Of a stretch of DNA of 64,000 nucleotides, positions 29,845 to 41,150 are shown piece after piece; the stretch's first letter is position 1, and each line of letters begins with the position of its first letter. This DNA is from Alphaproteobacteria bacterium. GTDB taxonomy: Bacteria; Pseudomonadota; Alphaproteobacteria; UBA828. The stretch is taken from the NCBI GenBank assembly GCA_965220745.1, contig CBDCQT010000010.1, positions 160,001-224,000 on the forward strand. Reading direction: 5' to 3'. Position numbers and translations under genes: made by a program. The notes beneath the pieces were generated by a model, which was given only the letters and a program-made list of their open reading frames with translations, was not told the origin of the DNA and ran no database searches.

Positions 29845-31185
29845 TCACGTGACCGCGTCGGGCGTCCCGGTCCTGTGCGCCACCCAGCTCTCGCCGGCCA
29901 TGATCCCCGCGAGTGCCTCCACCGCATCCCATACATCGACGTAGCGCATGTAGAGGGGCGTGATGCCGAAGCGGAGGATATCCGGGCTGCGGAAGTCGGC
30001 GACGACGCCTGCGGCGCGCAGCGCCTTCGACACGGCGTAGGCTTCCGGGTGCCTGAAGGAGACCTGGCTGCCGCGCTTCTCCGGATCCCGCGGGCTCGCC
30101 AACGTGAACCCATGATGCGCGAGCCGGTCGTCCGCCAGGGCGATCAGCAGTTCGGACAGCGCCCGCGACTTCTGGACGACATCCCCCATCCCCAGGCCGT
30201 CGAAGCACGCGATGCCGTGCATGACGGCGCGGAGTGAGAGGATCGGCGGGGTGCCGACGAGGCACTTCTCGATGCCGTCCGCGGGGCGATAGCGGTCCTC
30301 GAAGCCGAACTGGTTGGCGTGGCTGAACCAGCCGGTCACCACGGGCTCGTGCGTCGCGATGATGTCCTGCGCCATGTAGATGTAGGCTGGCGCCCCCGGC
30401 CCGCCGTTCAGGAACTTGTAGGTGCAGCCGACGGCGTACTCGACGCCCCAGTCGTTGAGCGCCAGTGGCACCGCGCCGGCGGAATGGCTGAGATCCCAGA
30501 TCACGGGAACGCCGTGCGCGTTGCAGTGCGCGGTGATCGCCGCCATGTCGTGGGCCGCACCCGTTCGAAAATTGACGTGGGTGAACAGGACCAGCGCGGT
30601 GTCACCGTCGATCGCGCCGACGATGGTCTCGGGCTCCGCCACCACCAGATCGAACCTCTCGCCGAACAGTTGGACGAGCCCCTCCAGGATGTAGACATCG
30701 GTTGGGAAGTTGCCGCGCTCGGTGACGACGGTACGTCGGCCCTTGCTCTGGCGCAGCAGCGAGGCCGCGAGCTTGAACAGGTTGACGGAGGTGGAGTCCG
30801 CGCAGACGACCTCGCCCTCAGAGGCGCCGATCAGCGGCGCGATAGCGTCGCCGACCTTGCGTGCGAGGAAGAACCAGTCGGCATCGAGCCAACTCTCGAC
30901 GAGGCCGCGGCCCCACTCTTCCTGCACGACGCGGTCGATATCCGCGGCGGCGGTCTTCGGCAGTGCGCCGAGGGAGTTGCCGTTGAAGTAGAGCATCCCC
31001 TCCGGCAGCGAAAACCGCTCGCGGCAGTGGGCGAGCGGGCATGCCCGGTCCAGCCTCTCGCACGCCGCGCGGTCTACGGGACGGGCGCGGCGCCGCTCGG
31101 AAACCTGTGCATCCGTCCGCCCCGGTGGCGGCCCGTTCGAATCCGAAATTGATCTGCTCCACCTGCTCGTCCGTGAGCCCTCCAT
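29845..31185 (-). CDS. kynU: Kynureninase (start uncertain)
   Basis: YFNGNSLG, DSTSVNL, NFPTD, WDLSHSAGA, GCTYKFLNGGPG, RGSQVS. Confidence 0.92.
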   Translation of the reverse strand: MEGSRTSRWSRSISDSNGPPPGRTDAQVSERRRARPVDRAACERLDRACPLAHCRERFSLPEGMLYFNGNSLGALPKTAAADIDRVVQEEWGRGLVESWLDADWFFLARKVGDAIAPLIGASEGEVVCADSTSVNLFKLAASLLRQSKGRRTVVTERGNFPTDVYILEGLVQLFGERFDLVVAEPETIVGAIDGDTALVLFTHVNFRTGAAHDMAAITAHCNAHGVPVIWDLSHSAGAVPLALNDWGVEYAVGCTYKFLNGGPGAPAYIYMAQDIIATHEPVVTGWFSHANQFGFEDRYRPADGIEKCLVGTPPILSLRAVMHGIACFDGLGMGDVVQKSRALSELLIALADDRLAHHGFTLASPRDPEKRGSQVSFRHPEAYAVSKALRAAGVVADFRSPDILRFGITPLYMRYVDVWDAVEALAGIMAGESWVAHRTGTPDAVT

Positions 31186-31294
31186 TGTGGCGGGAACTAT
31201 CACCGCCTCAAGGGACACCAACCCAGTCGGTGCAGTCACGCGGAAACAACGATAGATTCTCTCCGATGAAACCGGCTTCAGACGGCGGCAGACC

Positions 31295-32830
31295 ATGACG
31301 AAACGAAGCGGCCGCCGCGGCGGCGGACGCGCGGCGCGGCGCGCGGAGCGGACCGGCGGCGGTATCGAGCAGCTGCGCTACATCACGCGCGACATCCCCT
31401 CGGTCGGGCTGCTGACCGACGAGGGGCTGGCCCTGATCGAGGAGAACGCGGACACGATCCTGGAGGAGATCGGGATCGACTTTCGCGACGATGCGGAGGC
31501 GCTCGCGCTGTTCAAGGGTGCCGGCGCAGATATCGTGGGCGAGCGGGTGCGCTTTCCGCGCGGGCTGGCGCGCCATCTGGTCTCGACCACGCCCTCCACC
31601 TTCACGCAGCTCGCCCGCAACCCCGAGCGGTCGGTCGAGATGGGCGGCCGCAACACGGTCTTCGCGCCGGTCTACGGCCCGCCCTTCATCTTCGATATCG
31701 AGAAGGGGCGCCGCTACGCCCAGCTCGAGGATTTCCAGAACATCGTCAAGCTCGCCTACATGACGCCGGCGATGCACCACTCCGGCGGCACGGTGTGCGA
31801 GCCGGTGGACGTGCCCGTCAACAAGCGCCACCTCGACATGGTCTACGCGCACATGCGCTATTCCGACAAGCCGTTCATGGGCTCGGTCACGCACCCCGAG
31901 CGCGCGGCGGATTCGGTGGAGATGGCGAAGATTCTCTTTGGTGCCGACGTCATCGACGCCAACCCCGTCATGGTCAGCCTGATCAACGCCAACTCGCCGA
32001 TGACCTTCGACGCGACCATGCTGGGCGCGCTCAAGGTCTACGCCCGCGCCAACCAGGGCCTGCTGATCACCCCGTTCATCCTGGCGGGCGCGATGGCGCC
32101 GGTCTCGGTCGCGGGCACCATGGCGCAGACGCTGGCGGAAGCCATGGCCGGCATCGCGCTCGCCCAGCTCTGCCGGCCGGGAGCGCCGGTGATCTTCGGC
32201 AGCTTCCTCAGCTCCATGTCGATGCAGAGCGGCGCGCCGACCTTCGGCACGCCGGAGGCAACGCTCGCGATCTTCGGCCTCGCTGCGCTGGCGCGGCGGC
32301 TGGGCGTCCCCTTCCGCAGCGGCGGCGCGCTCACCGCCTCGAAGCTGCCGGATGCGCAAGCGGCTTACGAAAGTGCGAACACACTGCTGCCGACCGTGCT
32401 CGCCGGCACCAACTTCGTGCTCCACGGCGCGGGCTGGCTCGAAGGCGGGCTCGCCAGCGGCTACGAGAAGTTCGTCATGGATGCGGACCAGCTCGGCATG
32501 ATGCAGGTGCTGGCGAACGGCTACGACCTCTCTGCCAACGGCCAGGCGCTGGATGCGATCCGGGAGGTCGGGCCCGGCAGCCACTTCCTCGGCTGCGCTC
32601 ACACCCAGACGAACTTCGAGACCGCCTTCTACCGCTCCCCTGTCGCCGACAATTCGAGCTTCGAGCAGTGGCAGTCCGACGGCTCCAAGGACACGACACA
32701 GCGGGCGCACGGCCTGTTCAAGTCGATGCTGGCCGCCTATGAAGCGCCGCCCATCGACCCCGGCGTGGACGAGGCGCTCAAGGAGTTCATCGCGAAGAAA
32801 AAGGCCTCTATGCCCGACGCCTTCGCCTAA
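31295..32830 (+). CDS. MttB-superfamily methyltransferase, non-pyrrolysine (MtgB-like)
   Basis: APVYGPPF, HHSGGTVCEPVD, INANSPM, SGAPTFGTPE, KLPDAQA, GWLEGGL; no in-frame amber. Confidence 0.92.
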   Translation: MTKRSGRRGGGRAARRAERTGGGIEQLRYITRDIPSVGLLTDEGLALIEENADTILEEIGIDFRDDAEALALFKGAGADIVGERVRFPRGLARHLVSTTPSTFTQLARNPERSVEMGGRNTVFAPVYGPPFIFDIEKGRRYAQLEDFQNIVKLAYMTPAMHHSGGTVCEPVDVPVNKRHLDMVYAHMRYSDKPFMGSVTHPERAADSVEMAKILFGADVIDANPVMVSLINANSPMTFDATMLGALKVYARANQGLLITPFILAGAMAPVSVAGTMAQTLAEAMAGIALAQLCRPGAPVIFGSFLSSMSMQSGAPTFGTPEATLAIFGLAALARRLGVPFRSGGALTASKLPDAQAAYESANTLLPTVLAGTNFVLHGAGWLEGGLASGYEKFVMDADQLGMMQVLANGYDLSANGQALDAIREVGPGSHFLGCAHTQTNFETAFYRSPVADNSSFEQWQSDGSKDTTQRAHGLFKSMLAAYEAPPIDPGVDEALKEFIAKKKASMPDAFA

Positions 32831-32834
32831 GCCC

Positions 32835-34838
32835 TTACCGCTTGCGGCGGCCAGTGCGGCGGCGGCCGGTGGGTGCCGGCGCTTGCTTCGCGGTGGGCAG
32901 GGTGACGGCTTGCGGCAGGTGGACGTAGTCCGCGGTGCCGTGGGGGATCGCCATGGCGTCCACGAAGTGGCGCTGAAACGCGGGCTCGACGGCGGTCTCC
33001 ACCTTCTCGATCCCGCGCACCACGGTCTCGATCTCCGCGCGCGCCGCGCAATCGAGCAGCGCGATCAGCGCGCCCGTGCCGGCGGCGTTGCCTGCGGCGG
33101 AGACCTTCTCCAGCGGGCAGTCGGGGATCATACCGAGCACCATGGCATAGAGCGGGTCGATGTGGCTGCCGAAGGCGCCGGTGAGCACGATGCGGTCCAC
33201 GCGCGCGATCTCGAAGCGATCCATCAGCAGCCGGGCGCCGGCCATGAGCGCCGCCTTGGCAAGCTGAATGGCGCGCACGTCGTTCTGATGGATGGCGATC
33301 GCAGGCTCGCCCGGATGGAGCAGGTAGCGGAAGGTGCGCGCGTCTTCGACGATGCGCTCGGTCGTGGCGCGCGCGGCGCCGGCGATGGTGCCGTCGGCCA
33401 GCAGGATGCCGGCAAGATACATCTCGGCCAGCGCCTCGATGATGCCGGAGCCGCAGATGCCGGTGACGCCGGTAGCGGCGGTGGCTTCCGCGAAGCCCTC
33501 CTCGTCCGACCAGAGGTCGCAGCCGATGACCTTGACCTTGGCCTCCAGGGTTTCGCGGTCGATGCGCACGCGCTCGATCGCGCCGGGGGCCGCACGCTGG
33601 CCGGCCTCGATCTGCGCGCCCTCGAACGCGGGCCCCGTGGGCGAGGAGGCGGCCAGCAACCGCTCTCTGTTGCCGAGAATGATCTCCGCATTGGTGCCGA
33701 CATCGACGATCAACACCGTCTCGTCGGCCCGGTGCGGCGCCTCGGAGAGCACGACGCCCGCCGCATCGGCGCCGACATGGCCCGCAATGCAGGGCAGGAC
33801 GTAGACGCGCGCGCCCGGATTGATGTCGAGGTCGATGCCGGCCGCCGCCAGGGTCAGACCGCCGGAGGCCGCGAGCGCGAAGGGCGCGCCGCCCAGCTCG
33901 GTCGGATCGATGCCGAGCAGCAGGTGGTGCATGATCGGGTTGCCGACGAAGGCCGCGTTCAGAATGTCGCTGCGCTCGACGCCCGCTTGCTCCGCCACCT
34001 CGCCGATCAGCGCGTTCACCGCGCCGCGCACGGCCTCGGTCAGCTCGGCCTCGCCGCCGGTATTCATCATGACGTAGGAGACCCGGCTCATCAGGTCCTC
34101 GCCGAAGCGGATCTGCGGGTTCATGCGCCCGGCCGACGCCGCGACGCTGCCGCTCGATATGTCGGCCAGATGACAGGCGATGGTGGTGGAGCCGATGTCG
34201 AAGGCCGCGCCATAGGCGCGTTCGTGGAAGCCGGGCCAGACCGCGACGATACGCGCGGCCCGGTGGACCGCGACCGTCGCCGACCATTCGCCGTCGCGGA
34301 GCGCGCGCTGCAGGCCCTGCAGGACGTGCAGGTCGGCGGTGAGGTTGTCCAGGCCCCACTGCTCGCAGAGCGCGTCGGTCAGGCGCTCGAAATCGCTGCG
34401 CGGATTGTGCATGTCGGGCTCGGCGACCTCGACGTAGTGCAGCCGGATCGCGGGATCGATGGTGTAGTCCCGCGCCTCGGCGCGCTTGCGCACGACCTGC
34501 TTGTGGACCTGGCTCTCGGGCGGCACGTCGATGACGACATCGCCCCGGATGTGGGCCGAGCAGCCCAGCCGGCGCCCGTCCGCGAGGCCGCGCCGGGTGG
34601 CGTAGCGGGCCTCCTTCTCGCCCGGTGGGCTCAGGTGATCGGGCGCGCTCTCGATCCCGAATTTGGCGAAGTGGCCGGAGCCGGCCTCGACCTGGCAGCG
34701 GCCACAGAGGCCCCGGCCCCCGCATACCGAATCGAGATCGACGCCGATGGCGCGCGCAGCGTCGAGGACCGACGTGCCGTGGGCGAAGCGCCCGCGCTTG
34801 CCGGAGGGCGTGAAGACGACGAACGCGGACTCGGTCAT
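32835..34838 (-). CDS. ASKHA/2Fe-2S reductive activator of corrinoid proteins (DUF4445)
   Basis: CGGRGLCGRC, DIGSTT, DVGTNAE, TGPAFEG, GICGSG, GNAAG. Confidence 0.92.
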   Translation of the reverse strand: MTESAFVVFTPSGKRGRFAHGTSVLDAARAIGVDLDSVCGGRGLCGRCQVEAGSGHFAKFGIESAPDHLSPPGEKEARYATRRGLADGRRLGCSAHIRGDVVIDVPPESQVHKQVVRKRAEARDYTIDPAIRLHYVEVAEPDMHNPRSDFERLTDALCEQWGLDNLTADLHVLQGLQRALRDGEWSATVAVHRAARIVAVWPGFHERAYGAAFDIGSTTIACHLADISSGSVAASAGRMNPQIRFGEDLMSRVSYVMMNTGGEAELTEAVRGAVNALIGEVAEQAGVERSDILNAAFVGNPIMHHLLLGIDPTELGGAPFALAASGGLTLAAAGIDLDINPGARVYVLPCIAGHVGADAAGVVLSEAPHRADETVLIVDVGTNAEIILGNRERLLAASSPTGPAFEGAQIEAGQRAAPGAIERVRIDRETLEAKVKVIGCDLWSDEEGFAEATAATGVTGICGSGIIEALAEMYLAGILLADGTIAGAARATTERIVEDARTFRYLLHPGEPAIAIHQNDVRAIQLAKAALMAGARLLMDRFEIARVDRIVLTGAFGSHIDPLYAMVLGMIPDCPLEKVSAAGNAAGTGALIALLDCAARAEIETVVRGIEKVETAVEPAFQRHFVDAMAIPHGTADYVHLPQAVTLPTAKQAPAPTGRRRTGRRKR

Positions 34839-34842
34839 GCCG

Positions 34843-35769
34843 TCACGCGCTGACGGCGGCGCCCTCCCGCCGGCGCCGGCGCCCCTCGCGCCGACCGCGC
34901 CGGCCCTCGCCGCCGTTCGCGCCCGCCGGCTCGCGGAAGCGGCCGAGCCAGCGCGCGCAGTCGGGGTCGTTGCCGTTCATCATGTCTGCGGCCATGACCG
35001 CGGCGATCTCGGCCTCGTGCAGCGGGTTCATGATCGCGGAGGTCAACCCGGAGCGCGCGGCCATGCTGAGGAAGGCCGCGTTCACGCTCGGCCGGTTGGG
35101 CAGGCCGAAGCCGATATTCGACGCGCCGCAGGTGGAATTCACGCCGAGCTCCTCCTTGAGCCGGCGCATGATCGCGAAGGCCTGAACGCCCGCCTTGTTG
35201 ATGGCGCCGATGGGCATGACCAGCGGGTCCACCACCACGTCCTCCTTGGGGATGCCGTGGTCCATGGCACGCTCGACGATCATCTTGGCGATGGCAAAGC
35301 GCTCGTCCGGGTCTTCGGAGATGCCGCTCTCGTCGTTGGAGATGGCGACGACGGCGCAGCCGTATTTCTTCACCAGCGGCAGCACCGATTCCAGCCGCTC
35401 CTCCTCGCCTGTGACCGAGTTGAGCAGCGGCTTGCCCTGGTAGACCTTCAGCCCCGCTTCCAGCGCTGCCACGATGGAGCTGTCGATGGAGAGCGGCACG
35501 TCCACCAGCGACTGCACCAGCCGGATGCACTCGGCGAGGATCTTGGGCTCGTCGGCGAGCGGCACGCCGGCGTTCACGTCCAGCATGTGCGCACCGGCGG
35601 CGACCTGGGCCAGCGCGTCCCTCTCCACCCGCGAATAGTCGCCCGCCGCCATCTCCGCCATCAGCAGCTTGCGGCCGGTCGGGTTGATCCGCTCGCCGAT
35701 GATGCAGAAGGGCTCGTCGAAGCCGATCGCGACTTCCCTGGTGGCGGAACTGACGACGGTGCGTGTCAT
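34843..35769 (-). CDS. Methyltetrahydrofolate:corrinoid methyltransferase (pterin-binding domain)
   Basis: IIGERINPTGRK, LDVNAG, SIDSS, GASNIGFGLP. Confidence 0.9.
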   Translation of the reverse strand: MTRTVVSSATREVAIGFDEPFCIIGERINPTGRKLLMAEMAAGDYSRVERDALAQVAAGAHMLDVNAGVPLADEPKILAECIRLVQSLVDVPLSIDSSIVAALEAGLKVYQGKPLLNSVTGEEERLESVLPLVKKYGCAVVAISNDESGISEDPDERFAIAKMIVERAMDHGIPKEDVVVDPLVMPIGAINKAGVQAFAIMRRLKEELGVNSTCGASNIGFGLPNRPSVNAAFLSMAARSGLTSAIMNPLHEAEIAAVMAADMMNGNDPDCARWLGRFREPAGANGGEGRRGRREGRRRRREGAAVSA

Positions 35770-36440
35770 GGCGCTCCTGCTTCCTCGCCGGCGGTAGCGG
35801 CTGCTTCCATGAAGCCCGCGAGCTCGCCGTAGCCGACATGGCGATGGACGTAGCCGAGCCCCAGCCGCTCGGCCGCCACGCGGGCCTTGGCCTCCAGCGC
35901 CTCGTCGCGGACCTGGGAGATGTAGACGCAGTTGGTGTAGTTGCCGAAGTAGTCGTCGCGCAGCTCGGGCCAGCGGTCCAGCCCCAGGCCTTCGATAATC
36001 AGGCGATCGAAGTGGCGCACCATGTAGTCGGTCAGGAAGAACTGGGTGGGGTCGTCGTCGGTGATGGCGGCGAACGCCTCCTGGCCGGTGTAGAAGGCGT
36101 AACAATGCGGCCCGTCGATGCGCTCCACACCTTCCTCCTCGATCACCTTGTCGAGCAGGCCGCCGGTGCCGCAATCGCCGTAGGCGACGAAGATGGCGCG
36201 GTAGTCGGCCTTGTTGGCCTGGATCTTGGTGCGCACCGCGTCGGGGATCAGGTGCGGGCGGTTGTGCAGCTTGGCGGGCAGGCAGGTGATGTCGAGATGA
36301 TCGAAACCGTTGGCCGCGCGGAAATCCACGATCTCGCGGGCGAGCGCGCCGCAGGCAATGACCAGCGCTCGGGCAGGCCCTGCGGACGCGAAGGCGGCTT
36401 CCTCGTCGACCGAGAGGTCGGTGTGCTCAGGCGTCGCCAT
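35766..36440 (-). CDS. DUF1638 protein
   Basis: VIACGALARE, LPAKLHNRP, YGDCGTGG, GPHCY, YFGNY. Confidence 0.85.
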   Translation of the reverse strand: MATPEHTDLSVDEEAAFASAGPARALVIACGALAREIVDFRAANGFDHLDITCLPAKLHNRPHLIPDAVRTKIQANKADYRAIFVAYGDCGTGGLLDKVIEEEGVERIDGPHCYAFYTGQEAFAAITDDDPTQFFLTDYMVRHFDRLIIEGLGLDRWPELRDDYFGNYTNCVYISQVRDEALEAKARVAAERLGLGYVHRHVGYGELAGFMEAAATAGEEAGAP

Positions 36441-36469
36441 CACGGCAATCTTGAGAGTGTGCGCCGCCC

Positions 36470-37180
<711 letters not shown>

Positions 37181-37388
37181 GGCCACTTTCCTGATCCGGG
37201 CGTCGACGGCGCCGGGCCGTTGCTCGTTGGCACCGCACGCCCGCGTTGCAGGAGTGCGGCGCGGCACTTCATCCCGGTTTCTCTTCAATCACATGGGGGC
37301 GGGCAGTCTGTCCCAGACGCGACATTGGTTTGCCGGCCCGCGACAAAGCCCTAATTCGCCTGACCGCGTCGCCCTGGCGCGGCGCCGG

Positions 37389-38405
37389 TTACAGGGACGC
37401 CGGCTCCGGCAATTCGGCGTCGACCGCGCGGAAGGGAGGCGAGCCGCTGGTCAGCCGCTTGGTGTCGCGCGGTGCGTGCCCGAAGTGCAGGCGGTAGGAC
37501 TTCGAGAAGTGCGATGCGGAGACGAAGCCGGTGGCCAGCGCCACGTTCGTCACCGACATGCAGGTCTGCTGCAGCAGGGCACGCGCGCGGTTGAGCCGCA
37601 TTTCGAGGTAATAGCGGCTGGGCGTGCAGTTCAGGTACTTGAGGAACAGCCGCTCGAGCTGGCGGGTCGAGAGGCCGATTTCCCGCGCAAGCTCGGTCTG
37701 GCTAAGCGGCGCCTCGATGTTCTCGGACATCACGTTAATGGTGGCGAGCAGCTTGGGCTGGCTCACCGCGAGGCGAAGGCGCAACGCCATCCGCTGGTGG
37801 TCGTCCTCGCCCCTGATCCGCTCGCACACCAGCCCTTCCGAGACCGCCGCGGCCAGCTCGTAGCCGTGGTCGCGGTTGATGAAGCTCAGCATCATGTCGG
37901 AGGCCGCCATGCCGCCCGCGCAGGTGTAACGGTTGCGGTCGATGACGAAGATGTCCTCGCTGACCTCCACGCTGGGAAAATCCTCGATGAAGCCCGGCAA
38001 GTTCTCCCAATGGATGGTGCAGCGATAGCCGTCGAGAAGCCCGAGGCGCGCGAGAACGTGGCTGCCCGTGCAGAGCGCGCCGATGTTGGTGCCCCGCCGC
38101 TCGATCTGGCGCAGCCAGATCGCGAGGCGCGAGTCCTCGAACAGGTGGGTATCGATCCCGCCGCAGACGAAGACCGTTGAAAGCCGTTCGGCGGCGTCTC
38201 CGATCGACAGGTCCGCAGCAACACTGAGTCCAGCGGATGACGCCACAGCCTCCCCGTCCGCGGAGACGGTGTGCCACTCGTAGAGCGTCTGGCCGCTGAC
38301 GTAGTTCGCGAGCCGGAGCGACTCGATCGCGCTGGACAGCGCGCCGAGCGAGAATTTCGGGACCATCAGGAAGCCGAACTGGCTCCCAGGGTCGGTGGTC
38401 CTCAT
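37389..38405 (-). CDS. GlxA/GbdR-like AraC regulator
   Basis: LRLAN, TIHWEN, LSTRQLERLF, GFVSASHFSK. Confidence 0.92.
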   Translation of the reverse strand: MRTTDPGSQFGFLMVPKFSLGALSSAIESLRLANYVSGQTLYEWHTVSADGEAVASSAGLSVAADLSIGDAAERLSTVFVCGGIDTHLFEDSRLAIWLRQIERRGTNIGALCTGSHVLARLGLLDGYRCTIHWENLPGFIEDFPSVEVSEDIFVIDRNRYTCAGGMAASDMMLSFINRDHGYELAAAVSEGLVCERIRGEDDHQRMALRLRLAVSQPKLLATINVMSENIEAPLSQTELAREIGLSTRQLERLFLKYLNCTPSRYYLEMRLNRARALLQQTCMSVTNVALATGFVSASHFSKSYRLHFGHAPRDTKRLTSGSPPFRAVDAELPEPASL

Positions 38406-38667
38406 GGCATCGACGCCGGTCGGGCGCCTCCCTGGCCGATCTGGTCATGCACGCACTGCGTACTATTCCAATTACGACATCGCCCGGCGGATGGAGCAAC
38501 AAGTTTCTGATGCCGAGGCGGAATCGGCCGGGTCGCCATCGCAGGCACCCTCGCCCATAATCCGCGCCGCCATGGCCCCGCCCTCGTACCGTCCTCACTC
38601 ACCCGGCCGCCAGCACGCGCGCGGACGGCTGCCCTGCATGATCGCATGACATCGTGACAGCGGGTCG

Positions 38668-39537
38668 ATGTTAGAGAGCGCGGCCGCCTGGGGCGCGGGC
38701 TGCGCGCTCGCTTGGGGCCTCTCGGACGTCATCGCGCGTTTCGCCGGCCGCTCGGTGGGCGTCCTCGTCGCGACCTGCACGATGATGACGATCGGCGCCG
38801 CGCTGATTGCGGCCATCATGGCGGCGTCGGGCGTGCCCTTCGACTGGCGCCTCGACGGCATCCACTGGCTCTTCGGCATCGGCGCTGGCACCGTGATCGG
38901 CTCGCTCCTGTTCTATCACGCCATCACCCACGGTCCGGTGTCGCTCGCCTCGCCGGTGGTGGCCTGCTACCCGGCGATCGCGGTGCCCATTTCAGTCGCC
39001 CTCGGTGCCCGTCCCGACCCGCTCCATTGGGGCGCGATGGTGGCCACCATGGCGGGGGTCTGGCTGGTGGCGCGGGCAATGCCTGCCGAAGGCTCCGCAC
39101 CGGAATACGCGCCCGCCGTGGTCAGACGGACCATCCTCTGCTCGCTGGGTGCGGCGGCGACCTTTGCCGCCTCGCTCACCGCCGCCGACCGGGCCATCGA
39201 CATCTACGGCCCCTGGCAGACCGTGCTGGTGGTTCGCCTCATCGGCTTCGTGGCGCTCGCGACGATCGTGCTCGCCCGCCGCGAGCGTGTCCGCTTCCCG
39301 GCACGGGCCTGGCCAATTCTGTTGGCCTTCGGGGTCCTCGATACCATGGGCCATTTGCTGCTCTACACCGGCCTCGGCCTCCCCAACGGCGAATACGCGA
39401 TCGTGGCGAGCGTGGGCTACACGGTGGTGACGGTGGTGCTGGCGCGTATCTTCCTGCGCGAGCCGGTCTCGCCGCTGCAATGGGGTGGCGTCGCGATGGT
39501 GGTGGGCGGTGTCGGGGTCCTCGCCGCGTTCGGGTAG
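38668..39537 (+). CDS. EamA/DMT transporter
   Basis: ~10 TM; LARIFLREPVS..QWGG. Confidence 0.88.
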   Translation: MLESAAAWGAGCALAWGLSDVIARFAGRSVGVLVATCTMMTIGAALIAAIMAASGVPFDWRLDGIHWLFGIGAGTVIGSLLFYHAITHGPVSLASPVVACYPAIAVPISVALGARPDPLHWGAMVATMAGVWLVARAMPAEGSAPEYAPAVVRRTILCSLGAAATFAASLTAADRAIDIYGPWQTVLVVRLIGFVALATIVLARRERVRFPARAWPILLAFGVLDTMGHLLLYTGLGLPNGEYAIVASVGYTVVTVVLARIFLREPVSPLQWGGVAMVVGGVGVLAAFG

Positions 39538-39680
39538 AGCACTATCCGGCGCCAGATTGCACGTCAGAGGACCATCCGTCGTCCCCTGGCGGGCGTGCTA
39601 TTCCGTGCCAAGAAGACTCACCGGCAATCGATGCGTCCCAGATGGGTTAGGGTAGGCGATGGGTCAGACTGGAGGGCACG

Positions 39681-40310
39681 GTGATGAACCAAAAGGATGC
39701 GCTACCCGTTGTCCGGGACGAGGTCGTGGCACCGGGCGCGCCGTGGTCGGCCCGCCTACGGCGGGACCAGGTGTTGCGCATCGTCGACCTGGAGGGCGAA
39801 CAGGGCGTCGATTTCCTGTGCTACGACGCGGCTGACCCGAGCGAACGCTACTACGCGCCGAACACGATCAAGAAGAGCGGCACTCTTCGCCTGACCACGG
39901 GCCATGCGCTCTACTCGGACCGGGGACGAGCGCTCTTCACGATCGTGGCCGACACCTGCGGCCATCACGATACCATCGCCGGCTGCTGCAGCGCCCCCAG
40001 CAACGCCATGCTCTACGGCGTGGAAGACGCGCCGGGATGCCGCGAGAACTTCCTGACCGCCCTGGCGGAACACGGCCTGGGGTGGACGGACATCGTGCCC
40101 AACGTGAACTTCTTCTGCGCTGTGCCGATCCATGAAGAAGGCCGTCTGGCAGAGCGGACCTTCGTCGACGGCCCGTCCAAGCCCGGCGATCACGTCGACT
40201 TGCGGGCCGAGCGCGACGTCCTCGCGATCGTCTCCAACTGCCCTCAAGTCAACAACCCGGCCGCAGGGGGCCGCCCGTCCCCGATCCGGATACAGATTCT
40301 CGGCGGCTAG
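39681..40310 (+). CDS. DUF1989 urea-carboxylase-associated family protein
   Basis: LRIVDLEGEQGVD, HDTIAGCC, CRENF, SNCPQVNNP. Confidence 0.88.
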   Translation: MMNQKDALPVVRDEVVAPGAPWSARLRRDQVLRIVDLEGEQGVDFLCYDAADPSERYYAPNTIKKSGTLRLTTGHALYSDRGRALFTIVADTCGHHDTIAGCCSAPSNAMLYGVEDAPGCRENFLTALAEHGLGWTDIVPNVNFFCAVPIHEEGRLAERTFVDGPSKPGDHVDLRAERDVLAIVSNCPQVNNPAAGGRPSPIRIQILGG

Positions 40311-40315
40311 CTCGC

Positions 40316-41113
40316 TCAGGTCTGCCCGAGCGCGTCGCGCAGGAAGGCACAGAGCGGCGTGTTGACCGCCTGCGGCGCTTCGGCAAGCGCCATGTGCCTG
40401 AGACTGGGCAGGATCGCGAGACGGGCGCCGGGGATCGACCCGGCCATGGCCCGCGCCATAGCGGGCGTGTTGCCGGGGTCGTCCTCGCCGGTCATCACCA
40501 GGGTGGGACACGCGATCTGCTCCAGCCCCTGGACCAACTCGGCGTCGCCCTCGGTCAGCACCCGGTAGATCTGCGGATAGACGGCGGGATCGTTGCCTGT
40601 GATCCAGGCGCGGACGAGCGTGATGGTCTCCGGCGCCTCGGCGCGGAACGCCGGAGTGAACCAGCGCTCGAGCGCGGGCTCCACGTTGGCGGATGGCCCC
40701 TGCGCCTCGGTCTGGTGGACGCGCGCGCGGACCGCCTCGCGCTCTGCCGGGCTGCGATCGTGTGGGGAGTTCAGGATCGCGAGCGCCGAGACCCGGTCCC
40801 CATGATCCAGCGCGACGCGGCGCGCGATCATGCCGCCGAGCGAGAACCCCACGATTGCCGCCCGCTCGATGCCGCAGCGATCCATGAGACCGAGCAGCTG
40901 CCGAGAGAACATGGCGAGACCGGGCGTGCCGTGCGGCGACGCACTCTCGCCGTGCCCGAGTAGATCGTAGGTCAGCACGCTGAAATGCGGCGTGAGCGCC
41001 GGCAGCGTCCACTGCCACATCGCGCGGTTGAGCCCGAAGCCGTGGATCAGCACGACGGGCGGGCCGCTGCCGTGCCGCTCCCAGGCGGTCTCGCCCGAAT
41101 CAGGCGCGCTCAT
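40316..41113 (-). CDS. Alpha/beta hydrolase (PcaD-like)
   Basis: LIHG, YDLLGHGES, GFSLGG, GEDD, RHM. Confidence 0.88.
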   Translation of the reverse strand: MSAPDSGETAWERHGSGPPVVLIHGFGLNRAMWQWTLPALTPHFSVLTYDLLGHGESASPHGTPGLAMFSRQLLGLMDRCGIERAAIVGFSLGGMIARRVALDHGDRVSALAILNSPHDRSPAEREAVRARVHQTEAQGPSANVEPALERWFTPAFRAEAPETITLVRAWITGNDPAVYPQIYRVLTEGDAELVQGLEQIACPTLVMTGEDDPGNTPAMARAMAGSIPGARLAILPSLRHMALAEAPQAVNTPLCAFLRDALGQT

Positions 41114-41150
41114 CGGCGGCTGCCGTTCACCGCCGAGACCGCGAGCGAAC